Of a DNA stretch of 16,129 bases, positions 1 to 7,400 are shown one piece after another; positions within the stretch are counted from its first letter, which is position 1, and each line of letters starts with the position of its first letter. The position numbers and the translations under genes were made by a program. Origin of the DNA: Candidatus Muiribacteriota bacterium (lineage in GTDB: Bacteria > Muiribacteriota > Muiribacteriia > Muiribacteriales > Muiribacteriaceae); NCBI GenBank assembly GCA_051747805.1, contig JBNJGP010000059.1, positions 1-16,129 of the forward strand. Reading direction: 5' to 3'. The notes beneath the pieces are model-generated. The model saw nothing but the letters and a program-made list of their open reading frames with translations, ran no database searches and was not told the DNA's origin.

Positions 1-1
1 C

Positions 2-145
2 ATCACCTGGGGTGGTAAAGCTCCCGATAAATCAATGCCGCTAACTACGGATACAGTGCAATCTGTGGACGAACTGGAGGACGGCACGTTTGACGATGTT
101 ATATACTTCGGATGCAATGCTGATACAGGTATCAATTCAAGTTGA
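2..145 (+). other. Open-ended reading frame fragment in a higher-GC segment; 3' end of an upstream gene, or a foreign/chimeric fragment
   Basis: Frame 2 is open from the window edge to TGA at 143-145 (ITWGGKAPDKSMPLTTDTVQSVDELEDGTFDDVIYFGCNADTGINSS). By hand count bases 1-120 are 59/120 G+C, versus 44/120 and 40/120 for the next two 120-bp blocks. Confidence 0.4.
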
Positions 146-749
146 TGAACTTCAGGTTGAAGGAGCTAAAGAGGAAATGGAAAGAGCTTTTTCACGTTAT
201 GCTGATTATATTTCAACACACACATCACAGGATATGCATGCTAGAAGATTATATCAGGAATATGAAAAATTAAAGGAAGAATATGAGGATTTAAGGCATT
301 TATATCAGGCAACGCAATATCAGATTTCAAGAGAAAGCGCGGTTTATTTTTTCTCGCCTCAGGAAGAGGCGAATCTGGGATCTGAGGAAGAAATTGAAGC
401 TTTAATGGAAAAAGGGCCATGTCCCGAGGCTGATTACCGTCTTGGCTGGCTTATGTATATTCAGGGGAGATACGAATTCAGCCGTAAATTTTTTGTTCAG
501 GCTTTAAAAAAAGCAGAAATAAATAATACCGAGTATCCACTTGCGTATCTTGGGCTTGCCAGGGTTTTTATTTATTATGCTGAAAATCAGGATAATAATC
601 AGAATTATATTGATGAAGCGCGGGATAATCTGAAGAAATTCAACTCTGAATATGAATTCGGTGAGGAAATTGAAGATAAAAAAAGAAATTTTTTATATTC
701 AGAACTTCAAGAAAGATTAATTATTTTAACTCAAGCCTCCGATAATTAG
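90..749 (+). CDS. Helical/coiled-coil plus TPR-like protein; true start uncertain (TTG 90, ATG 117 or ATG 177, or 5'-truncated)
   Basis: TPR-like segments PEADYRLGWLMYIQGRYEFSRKFFVQAL and YPLAYLGLARVFIY...DEARDNLKKF; coiled-coil-like LYQEYEKLKEEYEDL. In-frame TAA at 42-44 upstream. AGGAG at 161-165 precedes ATG 177. Confidence 0.75.
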   Translation: MTMLYTSDAMLIQVSIQVDELQVEGAKEEMERAFSRYADYISTHTSQDMHARRLYQEYEKLKEEYEDLRHLYQATQYQISRESAVYFFSPQEEANLGSEEEIEALMEKGPCPEADYRLGWLMYIQGRYEFSRKFFVQALKKAEINNTEYPLAYLGLARVFIYYAENQDNNQNYIDEARDNLKKFNSEYEFGEEIEDKKRNFLYSELQERLIILTQASDN

Positions 750-803
750 TTTAGGATTAAAATAACATCCAACTAAAATTTAAAAAAGGAGGGAATAAGC
801 TAA

Positions 804-932
804 ATGAAAAATTACAAAAACAAACTTGAAGAAATTGGAAAAACTTTTGGAGTTGATATTAAACCTGAAAATGTTGATGATGTTTTAAAAAACACCTGGG
901 AAAAATATCACAGGTCTGTTAGAAAGTTATAA
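804..932 (+). CDS. Small 42-aa hypothetical protein MKNYKNKLEEIGKTFGVDIKPENVDDVLKNTWEKYHRSVRKL (not in ORF track)
   Basis: Strong SD AAGGAGG at 786-792 ahead of ATG 804, TAA at 930-932, AT-rich codon usage like neighbouring genes, followed by an intrinsic terminator. Confidence 0.75.
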   Translation: MKNYKNKLEEIGKTFGVDIKPENVDDVLKNTWEKYHRSVRKL

Positions 933-959
933 TATTATAAGATTTTTAATTTTTTATAC

Positions 960-989
960 AAAGGGCAAATTAAAATTTGCCCTTTTTTT
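960..989 (+). terminator. Rho-independent terminator
   Basis: AAAGGGCAAAT-TAAA-ATTTGCCCTTT: 11-bp perfect stem running into a T7 tract (983-989), 27 bp after the small ORF stop. Confidence 0.85.
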
Positions 990-1011
990 ATTCAGCCCAT
1001 GTTCTTATTTA

Positions 1012-1090
1012 ATCCGCTCCTATCGGCTTTTGTCTGCTCTTGTCGGCCTCTTACTTCTCACCTCTCACTTCTCACGGCTCTTCTCGGCTT
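1012..1090. repeat. Degenerate short tandem repeats (4 x 10-mer, then 4 x 7-mer), pyrimidine-rich on +
   Basis: atccgctcct/atcggctttt/gtctgctctt/gtcggcctct (1012-1051), then acttctc/acctctc/acttctc/acggctc (1053-1080). Confidence 0.7.
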
Positions 1091-1107
1091 TAAATTATAT
1101 TACTTCA

Positions 1108-1221
1108 AAAATCACAAAAAACCGCTTATAAAGAGGGATTTTTTCTTTTATTGGGTTTAGTTTACATATTGAAGTACTATCAATTTGCTGTATATACGCT
1201 CTTAGATTTTTTTGTGATTTT
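1108..1221. repeat. 14-bp perfect inverted repeat enclosing 86 bp
   Basis: aaaatcacaaaaaa (1108-1121) and ttttttgtgatttt (1208-1221). AT-rich, so significance is moderate. Confidence 0.45.
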
Positions 1222-1357
1222 GTTCCGTAATTAATTTTAACTTTTATATTAAAAGCTAATGATTTATCTATGCTCCTGCTGTCGCCCCGGTGATTTTTTA
1301 TGCCGCGGTCCAGTTTTTGCATTTGATATTGCTCTAAGCACGCATTTTTCATCACTA

Positions 1358-1491
1358 GCCCCACACTTACTTTAAAGCGAGATACCGGATCGAGCCCGAT
1401 ATAACATTTTCAAATTAATTAAAACTTTTTGCAATTATACACTTTATTTTATTATTAGCTTTTTATTAAATCTTTAAAGTAAGTGTGGGGC
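1358..1491. mobile_element. MITE-like/REP-like non-coding element with 20-bp perfect terminal inverted repeats
   Basis: gccccacacttactttaaag (1358-1377) is the exact reverse complement of ctttaaagtaagtgtggggc (1472-1491). No transposase in the window, so mobility is inferred only. Confidence 0.5.
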
Positions 1492-1566
1492 GGTCACTAG
1501 CAAACTTGTTTGCGGTCACTAAAAAAGCGATAGCTTTTTGGTCACATTTTTTTAATTAAAAAAAAT
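1492..1566. repeat. Array of small palindromes separated by GGTCAC(TA) direct repeats (REP/BIME-like)
   Basis: ggtcacta (1492-1499), gcaaac-tt-gtttgc (1500-1513), ggtcacta (1514-1521), aaaaagc-gata-gcttttt (1522-1539), ggtcaca (1540-1546), then T7-aatt-A8. Confidence 0.7.
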
Positions 1567-1586
1567 ATCCAAAATTTCATCTATTG

Positions 1587-1615
1587 TTGAAATAAAATTT
1601 TGCTTTAGTTATAAT
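1587..1615 (+). promoter_or_regulatory. Sigma70-type promoter for the ferredoxin-led operon
   Basis: TTGAAA (1587-1592), 17-bp spacer, perfect TATAAT (1610-1615). SD-like AGAGG at 1653-1657 before ATG 1663. Confidence 0.7.
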
Positions 1616-1662
1616 AATAATTAAATATATTTTAATTAAAAAAATACAGATTAGAGGTTTTT

Positions 1663-2124
1663 ATGAAAGTTATAATTGATTCAGACTTATGTATAAAATG
1701 CGGGAAATGTTACGAAATATGTCCAGTTGAGGCAGTTGATAAAGTTGATGAATTATATAAGGTGAACGATTCAAAATGTATTAACTGTCTTGCCTGTGAA
1801 AGGGAATGTCCTGCACAGGCCGTTTACTGGGAAGAAGAAAATCAGGAAGAAAATAATTTTGAGCAAAATTTAACAGATTTTGAGAAAGAGGAAAATGATT
1901 TTGCTGAAGATTTATCAGACGAGGGAATTAATCTTGTAAAAACTAAAATTGATGATGTTATAGAATCTATGCCGTCAGAGAAAAAAAAGCAGTTAAAAGG
2001 CAGATTAAGATATTATGTAGAAGAAAAAGTTGCCCCGGTTGTTGAAACAGCCATACTGCTTTTTCTTGATGGTCTTGAAAGAGTATCAGGAAAAAAAAAC
2101 ACTTATAAAAAGGTGAAAAAATGA
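1663..2124 (+). CDS. 2[4Fe-4S] ferredoxin-domain protein with acidic linker and helical C-terminal extension
   Basis: Two canonical CxxCxxCxxxCP motifs (CIKCGKCYEICP; CINCLACERECP) in the first ~55 aa, then an E/D/N-rich linker and a basic C-terminus. Confidence 0.92.
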   Translation: MKVIIDSDLCIKCGKCYEICPVEAVDKVDELYKVNDSKCINCLACERECPAQAVYWEEENQEENNFEQNLTDFEKEENDFAEDLSDEGINLVKTKIDDVIESMPSEKKKQLKGRLRYYVEEKVAPVVETAILLFLDGLERVSGKKNTYKKVKK

Positions 2125-3668
2125 GTTTCTACTCTTATTATATTGATGAAGATGAGCTGGACCTTAATATTGAAGATGAGTTTGATCTTGACCTTGAGCT
2201 TGATATAGACGATAATATTGATGATATTGAAACAGAATCAGATAATGAAAAGTTTTTTAAACTTCAGGGGGAGTTTCCCTTTTCCTATTTATCAGATTTC
2301 AGTCATGATTTTGCAAAAAAAATCAAATTAATAACAGCCAATCCAGAAAAGCTTAAAGAACTTAAAAAAGAACTTACAATTCATTATATAGACGAGCTTA
2401 AAAATTTTTTGCTTTTAAATTATCCTTTTAAAAAATCTCTTAGAAATTGCTGGGTTTTCAGAACAAATTATATTTGTAAAGAGTTGCTATCTGAAGAACA
2501 GATTGAAAAATTAAAGGGAATTGATTTTGAAAAAGCCACTTTTTCAGCCGAGACTAAATTTCCCATTTATTATGCAGATGAATGGCTTGAATTTGTAAGC
2601 TATGGAAACATTTCTATTTCCGCGGGTGAGGATATTTCCCATATGAAAAAAAAGAGCAGTCCTGTTTTGGAAAAAAAATCTATTATTAAAAAAATTGAAA
2701 ATATGGAAAAAAATATTCATACACTTTTAAAAAATAGAAACGATGATTTAGAAAAATTCAAAAAGTTATCAGATGATTTTTTAACTACTGGTGGTGATAT
2801 TAAAAATATTAAAGATTTAAGTTCAAATGTTGAAAAAATAACTCCTATTATAGTTGCTATTAATAATTATGGTCTGCGTTTAAAATCACTTGCGCAGAAT
2901 ATAAAAGAGCTTCAAAAAAAACTTGATAAGTCAGAAGTCAATAATATGCCTTCTGATGAGACGCAGGAAGATATGGGGGATTTATTATCGGAGTTTTCCT
3001 CTATAAGGGATATGTGTAAAATGGCTACAGGTCCCAGAGGTAACCATTTTCCCTTTTTAACAGGGGAGTATTTTCCTGTTTTTATTAATAACAGAGATAA
3101 AATCAAAAATTTAATTAAAGATTTTTATAATCTCCTGCCTGACTTTTTTTACAGAAAATTTTTAGGAATTGAAACAAATAAAGTGCCCTACGTTCTTCTG
3201 GCCCCCTGCTATGGGAATAATGGCTTCTGCTGGGAGGCAATAGATTCTTTTAATAAAGAAACTGGACGCGGCAAGGTGGTTATACCGCTTTATTCTCAGA
3301 AAAAGCCTGAAGAATTAGTTGCAGAGGGCCTTGGGGATTATTATTGGCAGAAAAGCAAAGCCTCGGCTGGTTCCAGATGGCTTGAAGAAGGTATAACAGG
3401 AAAATATTATATGTACCATCAGGATTTGAAAGTTAAAAAGAAAAAAGGAAAAGATGTAAAGGTGATATCTGATTTAAAAGAGTCTTTTCTTTTTCATTTT
3501 AAAAAATGGGTTTTAGAGGAAAGAATTGCCCGAATGAAACTTCCAAAAGAAGTGAGATTAATGTTTTATTTTAATATTCCATTTGATTATAAAACAAAAG
3601 AAAAGCTCGGGGATACCAATTTCACATATAAGAATCTGTTTGAAAATGAACAGAGAAAACGGAGTTAA
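2121..3668 (+). CDS. 515-aa protein of unknown function (acidic N-terminus, central coiled coil, motif-rich C-terminal domain)
   Basis: Long ORF with ATGA overlap to the ferredoxin gene. C-terminal half has motif-like segments MCKMATGPRGNHFPFL, PYVLLAPCYGNNGFCWE, GRGKVVIPLY, WLEEGITGKYY. No signal peptide or TM helix apparent. Confidence 0.88.
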   Translation: MSFYSYYIDEDELDLNIEDEFDLDLELDIDDNIDDIETESDNEKFFKLQGEFPFSYLSDFSHDFAKKIKLITANPEKLKELKKELTIHYIDELKNFLLLNYPFKKSLRNCWVFRTNYICKELLSEEQIEKLKGIDFEKATFSAETKFPIYYADEWLEFVSYGNISISAGEDISHMKKKSSPVLEKKSIIKKIENMEKNIHTLLKNRNDDLEKFKKLSDDFLTTGGDIKNIKDLSSNVEKITPIIVAINNYGLRLKSLAQNIKELQKKLDKSEVNNMPSDETQEDMGDLLSEFSSIRDMCKMATGPRGNHFPFLTGEYFPVFINNRDKIKNLIKDFYNLLPDFFYRKFLGIETNKVPYVLLAPCYGNNGFCWEAIDSFNKETGRGKVVIPLYSQKKPEELVAEGLGDYYWQKSKASAGSRWLEEGITGKYYMYHQDLKVKKKKGKDVKVISDLKESFLFHFKKWVLEERIARMKLPKEVRLMFYFNIPFDYKTKEKLGDTNFTYKNLFENEQRKRS

Positions 3669-3671
3669 ATT

Positions 3672-4334
3672 ATGGAAGAAATGCAGAGATTTACAAAAGA
3701 AGTTGAGGCTCAAACTGTTTTGTTTTCTGAGGGCGAAAGCTCATATGAAACATATTTGCTTCTTTCGGGCGAGGTTCAAATAATCGCCTCTGATAAAGTA
3801 GTAGCAAATATTTCTGAAAAAGGCACTTTTATTGGTGAAATGGGAACTCTTTTAAAAAAACCACGTTCAGCAACTGTAAAAACCACTGTAAATTCTAAAT
3901 TTATAGTAATCAGTCCCATAGATTTTGAGAAAATAATCAGCCAGCAGCCCTCAATAGCGTTTAAACTGGCTAAAGTTCTTGCCGAGAGATTACAGGCAAC
4001 TACTTGTGAGTTATCTAAATATAAAGGGGCAAATGAATCAGTTTCGGCTCTTTCTGCGGATTCAGACTGTCAGAATGAGGAAGAAGTTGATGTTAAAGAG
4101 CTTGTTAAAAGTGCAAATGCTTTTTATAAAGAAAAAAATATTGATAAAGCTATAGAAAATATGGAAAAAGCTGTTGAAAAAATGCCTGAAAATGTTAAGT
4201 TCAGAAACAATCTTGCAGTTTTTTATTTTAAAAATAATCAAAAAGATAAAGCAATAAAGCAGTGGGAAGAAGTTATCAAACTGGATCCACAAAATTCAAA
4301 AGCATCGTTAAACTTAAGCAAACTTAAAGCATAA
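3672..4334 (+). CDS. Cyclic-nucleotide-binding (CAP/Crp-type cNMP) domain plus C-terminal TPR protein
   Basis: VLFSEGE...YLLLSGEV...FIGEMGTLLKKPRSATVKT matches the cNMP-binding fold with the phosphate-binding cassette GE...PRSA. C-terminus has TPR-like units (SANAFYKEKNIDKAIENMEKAVEKMPEN; FRNNLAVFYFKNNQKDKAIKQWEEVIKLDPQN). No Crp HTH. Confidence 0.92.
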   Translation: MEEMQRFTKEVEAQTVLFSEGESSYETYLLLSGEVQIIASDKVVANISEKGTFIGEMGTLLKKPRSATVKTTVNSKFIVISPIDFEKIISQQPSIAFKLAKVLAERLQATTCELSKYKGANESVSALSADSDCQNEEEVDVKELVKSANAFYKEKNIDKAIENMEKAVEKMPENVKFRNNLAVFYFKNNQKDKAIKQWEEVIKLDPQNSKASLNLSKLKA

Positions 4335-4347
4335 AAAACATTTATTT

Positions 4348-4374
4348 TAATAATTAAAGACAAATTACCGATAA
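4348..4374 (+). promoter_or_regulatory. Possible sigma28 (FliA/SigD)-like promoter upstream of the giant secreted protein
   Basis: TAAT (4348-4351), N15, ACCGATAA (4367-4374) versus consensus TAAA-N15-GCCGATAA; one mismatch per box, in the 72-bp intergenic gap. Confidence 0.35.
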
Positions 4375-4406
4375 CTTAAAAAAAATTACTTTTGGGGAAT
4401 TTGTTT

Positions 4407-7400
4407 ATGGCAAAAAAAACAATTTTTTTATTTGTTTTTTTATGTTTGTTTATTAATATATTTTCTGCAATAGAATTAAGCACGTACGTTAAAAGTAATT
4501 CAGATAATAACAATGGTTATTATAAAAATGACGACAGTGAAATAATACTTGAAATTCTTGATAATGATAATACTGGTTCATCGGGGACAATAACAATAAG
4601 TCCAGCTATTGGCGGGTTGCCCAGTGAAGCTGATATTGCAGATGCTGATAATGATGGTAAATATTTAATTGTTGGATATGCTGTGGAAGGAGAAAATCCT
4701 GTAAACGTCAGCCAGCTTTCTGATGGTATACATACAGTTACTGTATCAATTGCAGGAAGCACAAATTCCCCACAAAGCATTGATATAGTTATAGACAGCA
4801 CCTCACCATCATTTAATGTTGAGTCCCTTACAACCCCATATGAATATGAGGGAAATGATTATTTCAGAGATGGAAGTGAAATAACTGTTCAAATAAGGGT
4901 AGAAGACGCTAATTTAGATGAAAATACAATTTCTTTTAATTTTCAGGCTATTACGGGAAATTCTGCACACAGCTCACTGCAACCTGATTCTTTTAACTCT
5001 TCAACAAATATTGCTACCTGGAATATTACTGGTGGTGATGTAACAGACGGGGAAAAAACTATCAACGGAACAGTTTTTGACCTGGCAGATAATGAAGGGC
5101 AGTTTATGCCCAGTCAGGTTGTTTTGCATGCTGTTAATACCCCGATGGAAGATGAGGTTATTTTATCAGAGCCTGGTAACGACGTTTATATTAATGATAA
5201 TCGTCCAACTTTTAGCTGGCAGAAACCTGGTGGTAATGAAATAGAATATGTACTTGAACTTGCACGAAACTCCTCTTTTACCCAGTCATTTCAGGAAATT
5301 GAAATTACAGGTGGGGATACTCTTGATCATACGATGACAAGTGATTTAGAAAGTGGAATTAATTACTGGAGGATGTATGCCCGTGATATGGTGGAGCAGG
5401 AAAGCCCCGTTTCTGAAACCCGACATTTTTATATTGATACTGATCCACCCCTTATAACCTCGGTTACTTCTTTTGATAATTCCGATCCAGATAATGACAG
5501 CGATCATTATGCAGCCGGTACAGTTGTTAGACTTGAGGCAAATGAAGATTCTTCTCAGGAATACAATGGTGAGGTGAATATTTATTGTGATGAAACAGGT
5601 TATAATCACACTTATAACCTTGAATATGAGGCTGTTGGTACTTATTATTATTTATGGAATACTTCAAGTGTTGAAACTGGTGATTATACTATAACTTTCA
5701 GTTTAGAAGATGAGGCCGGGAATATTGCCGAAAACAGTGATTTATCAGTCAGGATAGAGGCTGATGCGCCTGGCAAAGTTTCGCTTGTTTCTCCGGTTAA
5801 CGGGGGAGTTATACAGACACTTAACCCGCAGTTTGTGTGGGAAAGTTTAACTGAAGATGTGCAGCATTATCATCTTGAAGTTTCAGAAAATATAAATTTT
5901 TCTTCAAATATTATAAGCGAAACCTTTGATTCTAATACAACGAGTTATACAAGCACCCATAATTTTTCAGAAAATATTACTCATTACTGGCGGGTTTATG
6001 CAGAAGACATTGTTGGAAACACAGCCCCCGGACAGGCTGATATATGGGAGTTTAAATGTGATATAACCGCCCCTCAGTTTGTATCAAGTTCACCCTCTGA
6101 TGGAGCAGAAGATGTAAGTACATCAACAAATATTGAAATAATTATGAATGAGGAGCTTTTGGCCACAAGTGTAGATGAGAGTTCGGTTATTTTTGAAGCT
6201 TTTGATGGAGATTCATTTGAAGCTTTTGATATAGATTCATATGAGGTTGATTATTCATATTCCGATGCTGAATCAAAGATTTCAATTCAGCCTGATAATA
6301 ATATGCAATATAATGTTGAGCATAGAATTACCTTAAATACTCAGATTGAAGATTTAGCTGGAAATAATCTTGAAGAAGATGCTTTTATAGATTTTGTTAC
6401 AAGACCTTTGAGTGCTGTTTCTAATGTTTATGCTTATGATAAAGAACAAAGCGTTGGCGAGTCAATTATTGTGACCTGGGATCTTATAAATGATCCCGTA
6501 GTTGATAATTATTTAGTTTATTATAAGGAAAATACCCATGTTACAGAAGGGGATATTGGTACAATAGCAACTTTTTATGAGGTTGATTCATCTACAGATG
6601 AACTTCAAATAGACGGTTTGACTGAAGGTCAAAGTTATTATGTTGCCGTTGTGGCAAAAACAACCTATGATACATATTCGGAGCTGACCTCAGATTCAAC
6701 ATATGGTCCGGTAACTCCAGTACATGATGCTGAGATTTGTAGAGGGGAAACAAAAGCTGAAATAACTCCTTCATCTGTACCACCAGATGCTGAAATTAAT
6801 TATAGTTTATTTTTAAAACCTGTCTTTTTTTCTACTGATGTCGGGTTTGATAAAATTTATATAGGGATTGACAAACATCAGCTTTTTGATTTTTCAAATT
6901 CTGAATTTATAGTTGATGGAAACAGCTGGACAAGAGAGGCTTCTCCCGATGGTGAGCAGTTCAGCTTACAGATGGTTGGGGATACAGTTGAAATTACCCT
7001 TGGACAGTACATTGATAGAGAAATAATTAATAACAATACTATAGAGTTTAATTTTGTTGCAAGTCCAGACGCTCAACTTGAAGAAACATGTACTTTCAGC
7101 GTAATGCTTGAGCATACTGAGCTGGATATAAATACTCATGTACAGGAGGGACAGGCAACTTCGTCTTATTCACCTCCGCATACTCTTACAGTTTCTATTG
7201 TTGAGCAGATTCAATCCCTTAAGGCTGAAATTAATCCACATTATCTTAAATTAGAAGAAATTCATCAGCTCAGCTTAAATATTTTACCAGAGTTCGAGGA
7301 AGGAAATGTAGGATTTGACTCGATAATAATGGAATTTCCAGCCTCATACAGCATTGAAAACATTAACAGCTGGGAACTTTATAATGGACCAAACCTTTTA

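Noticed and set aside
1095..1364. 89-aa minus-strand ORF
   Set aside because: Starts inside an inverted repeat, crosses REP-like palindromes, and has no recognisable motif or clear SD; likely spurious.
1482..1546. CRP/FNR-type box upstream of the cNMP-protein operon
   Set aside because: TCAC half-sites are present, but none has a TGTGA partner at the 6-bp spacing, and the cNMP protein lacks an HTH.
1012..1566. Possible CRISPR array
   Set aside because: Repeat units are only 7-10 bp or are inverted; there are no 23-47-bp direct repeats with regular unique spacers and no cas genes.
1981..2700. A8-A9 homopolymer runs as phase-variation or frameshift sites
   Set aside because: Expected from Lys codons in AT-rich DNA; the reading frames are intact.
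3672..4334. Calling the cNMP protein a Crp/Fnr transcription factor
   Set aside because: The C-terminus is TPR-like, not a winged HTH.
4392..4406. TTG start at 4392 for the giant protein
   Set aside because: ATG 4407 has a GGGGA SD-like motif 8 nt upstream and gives a canonical MAKK-hydrophobic signal peptide.
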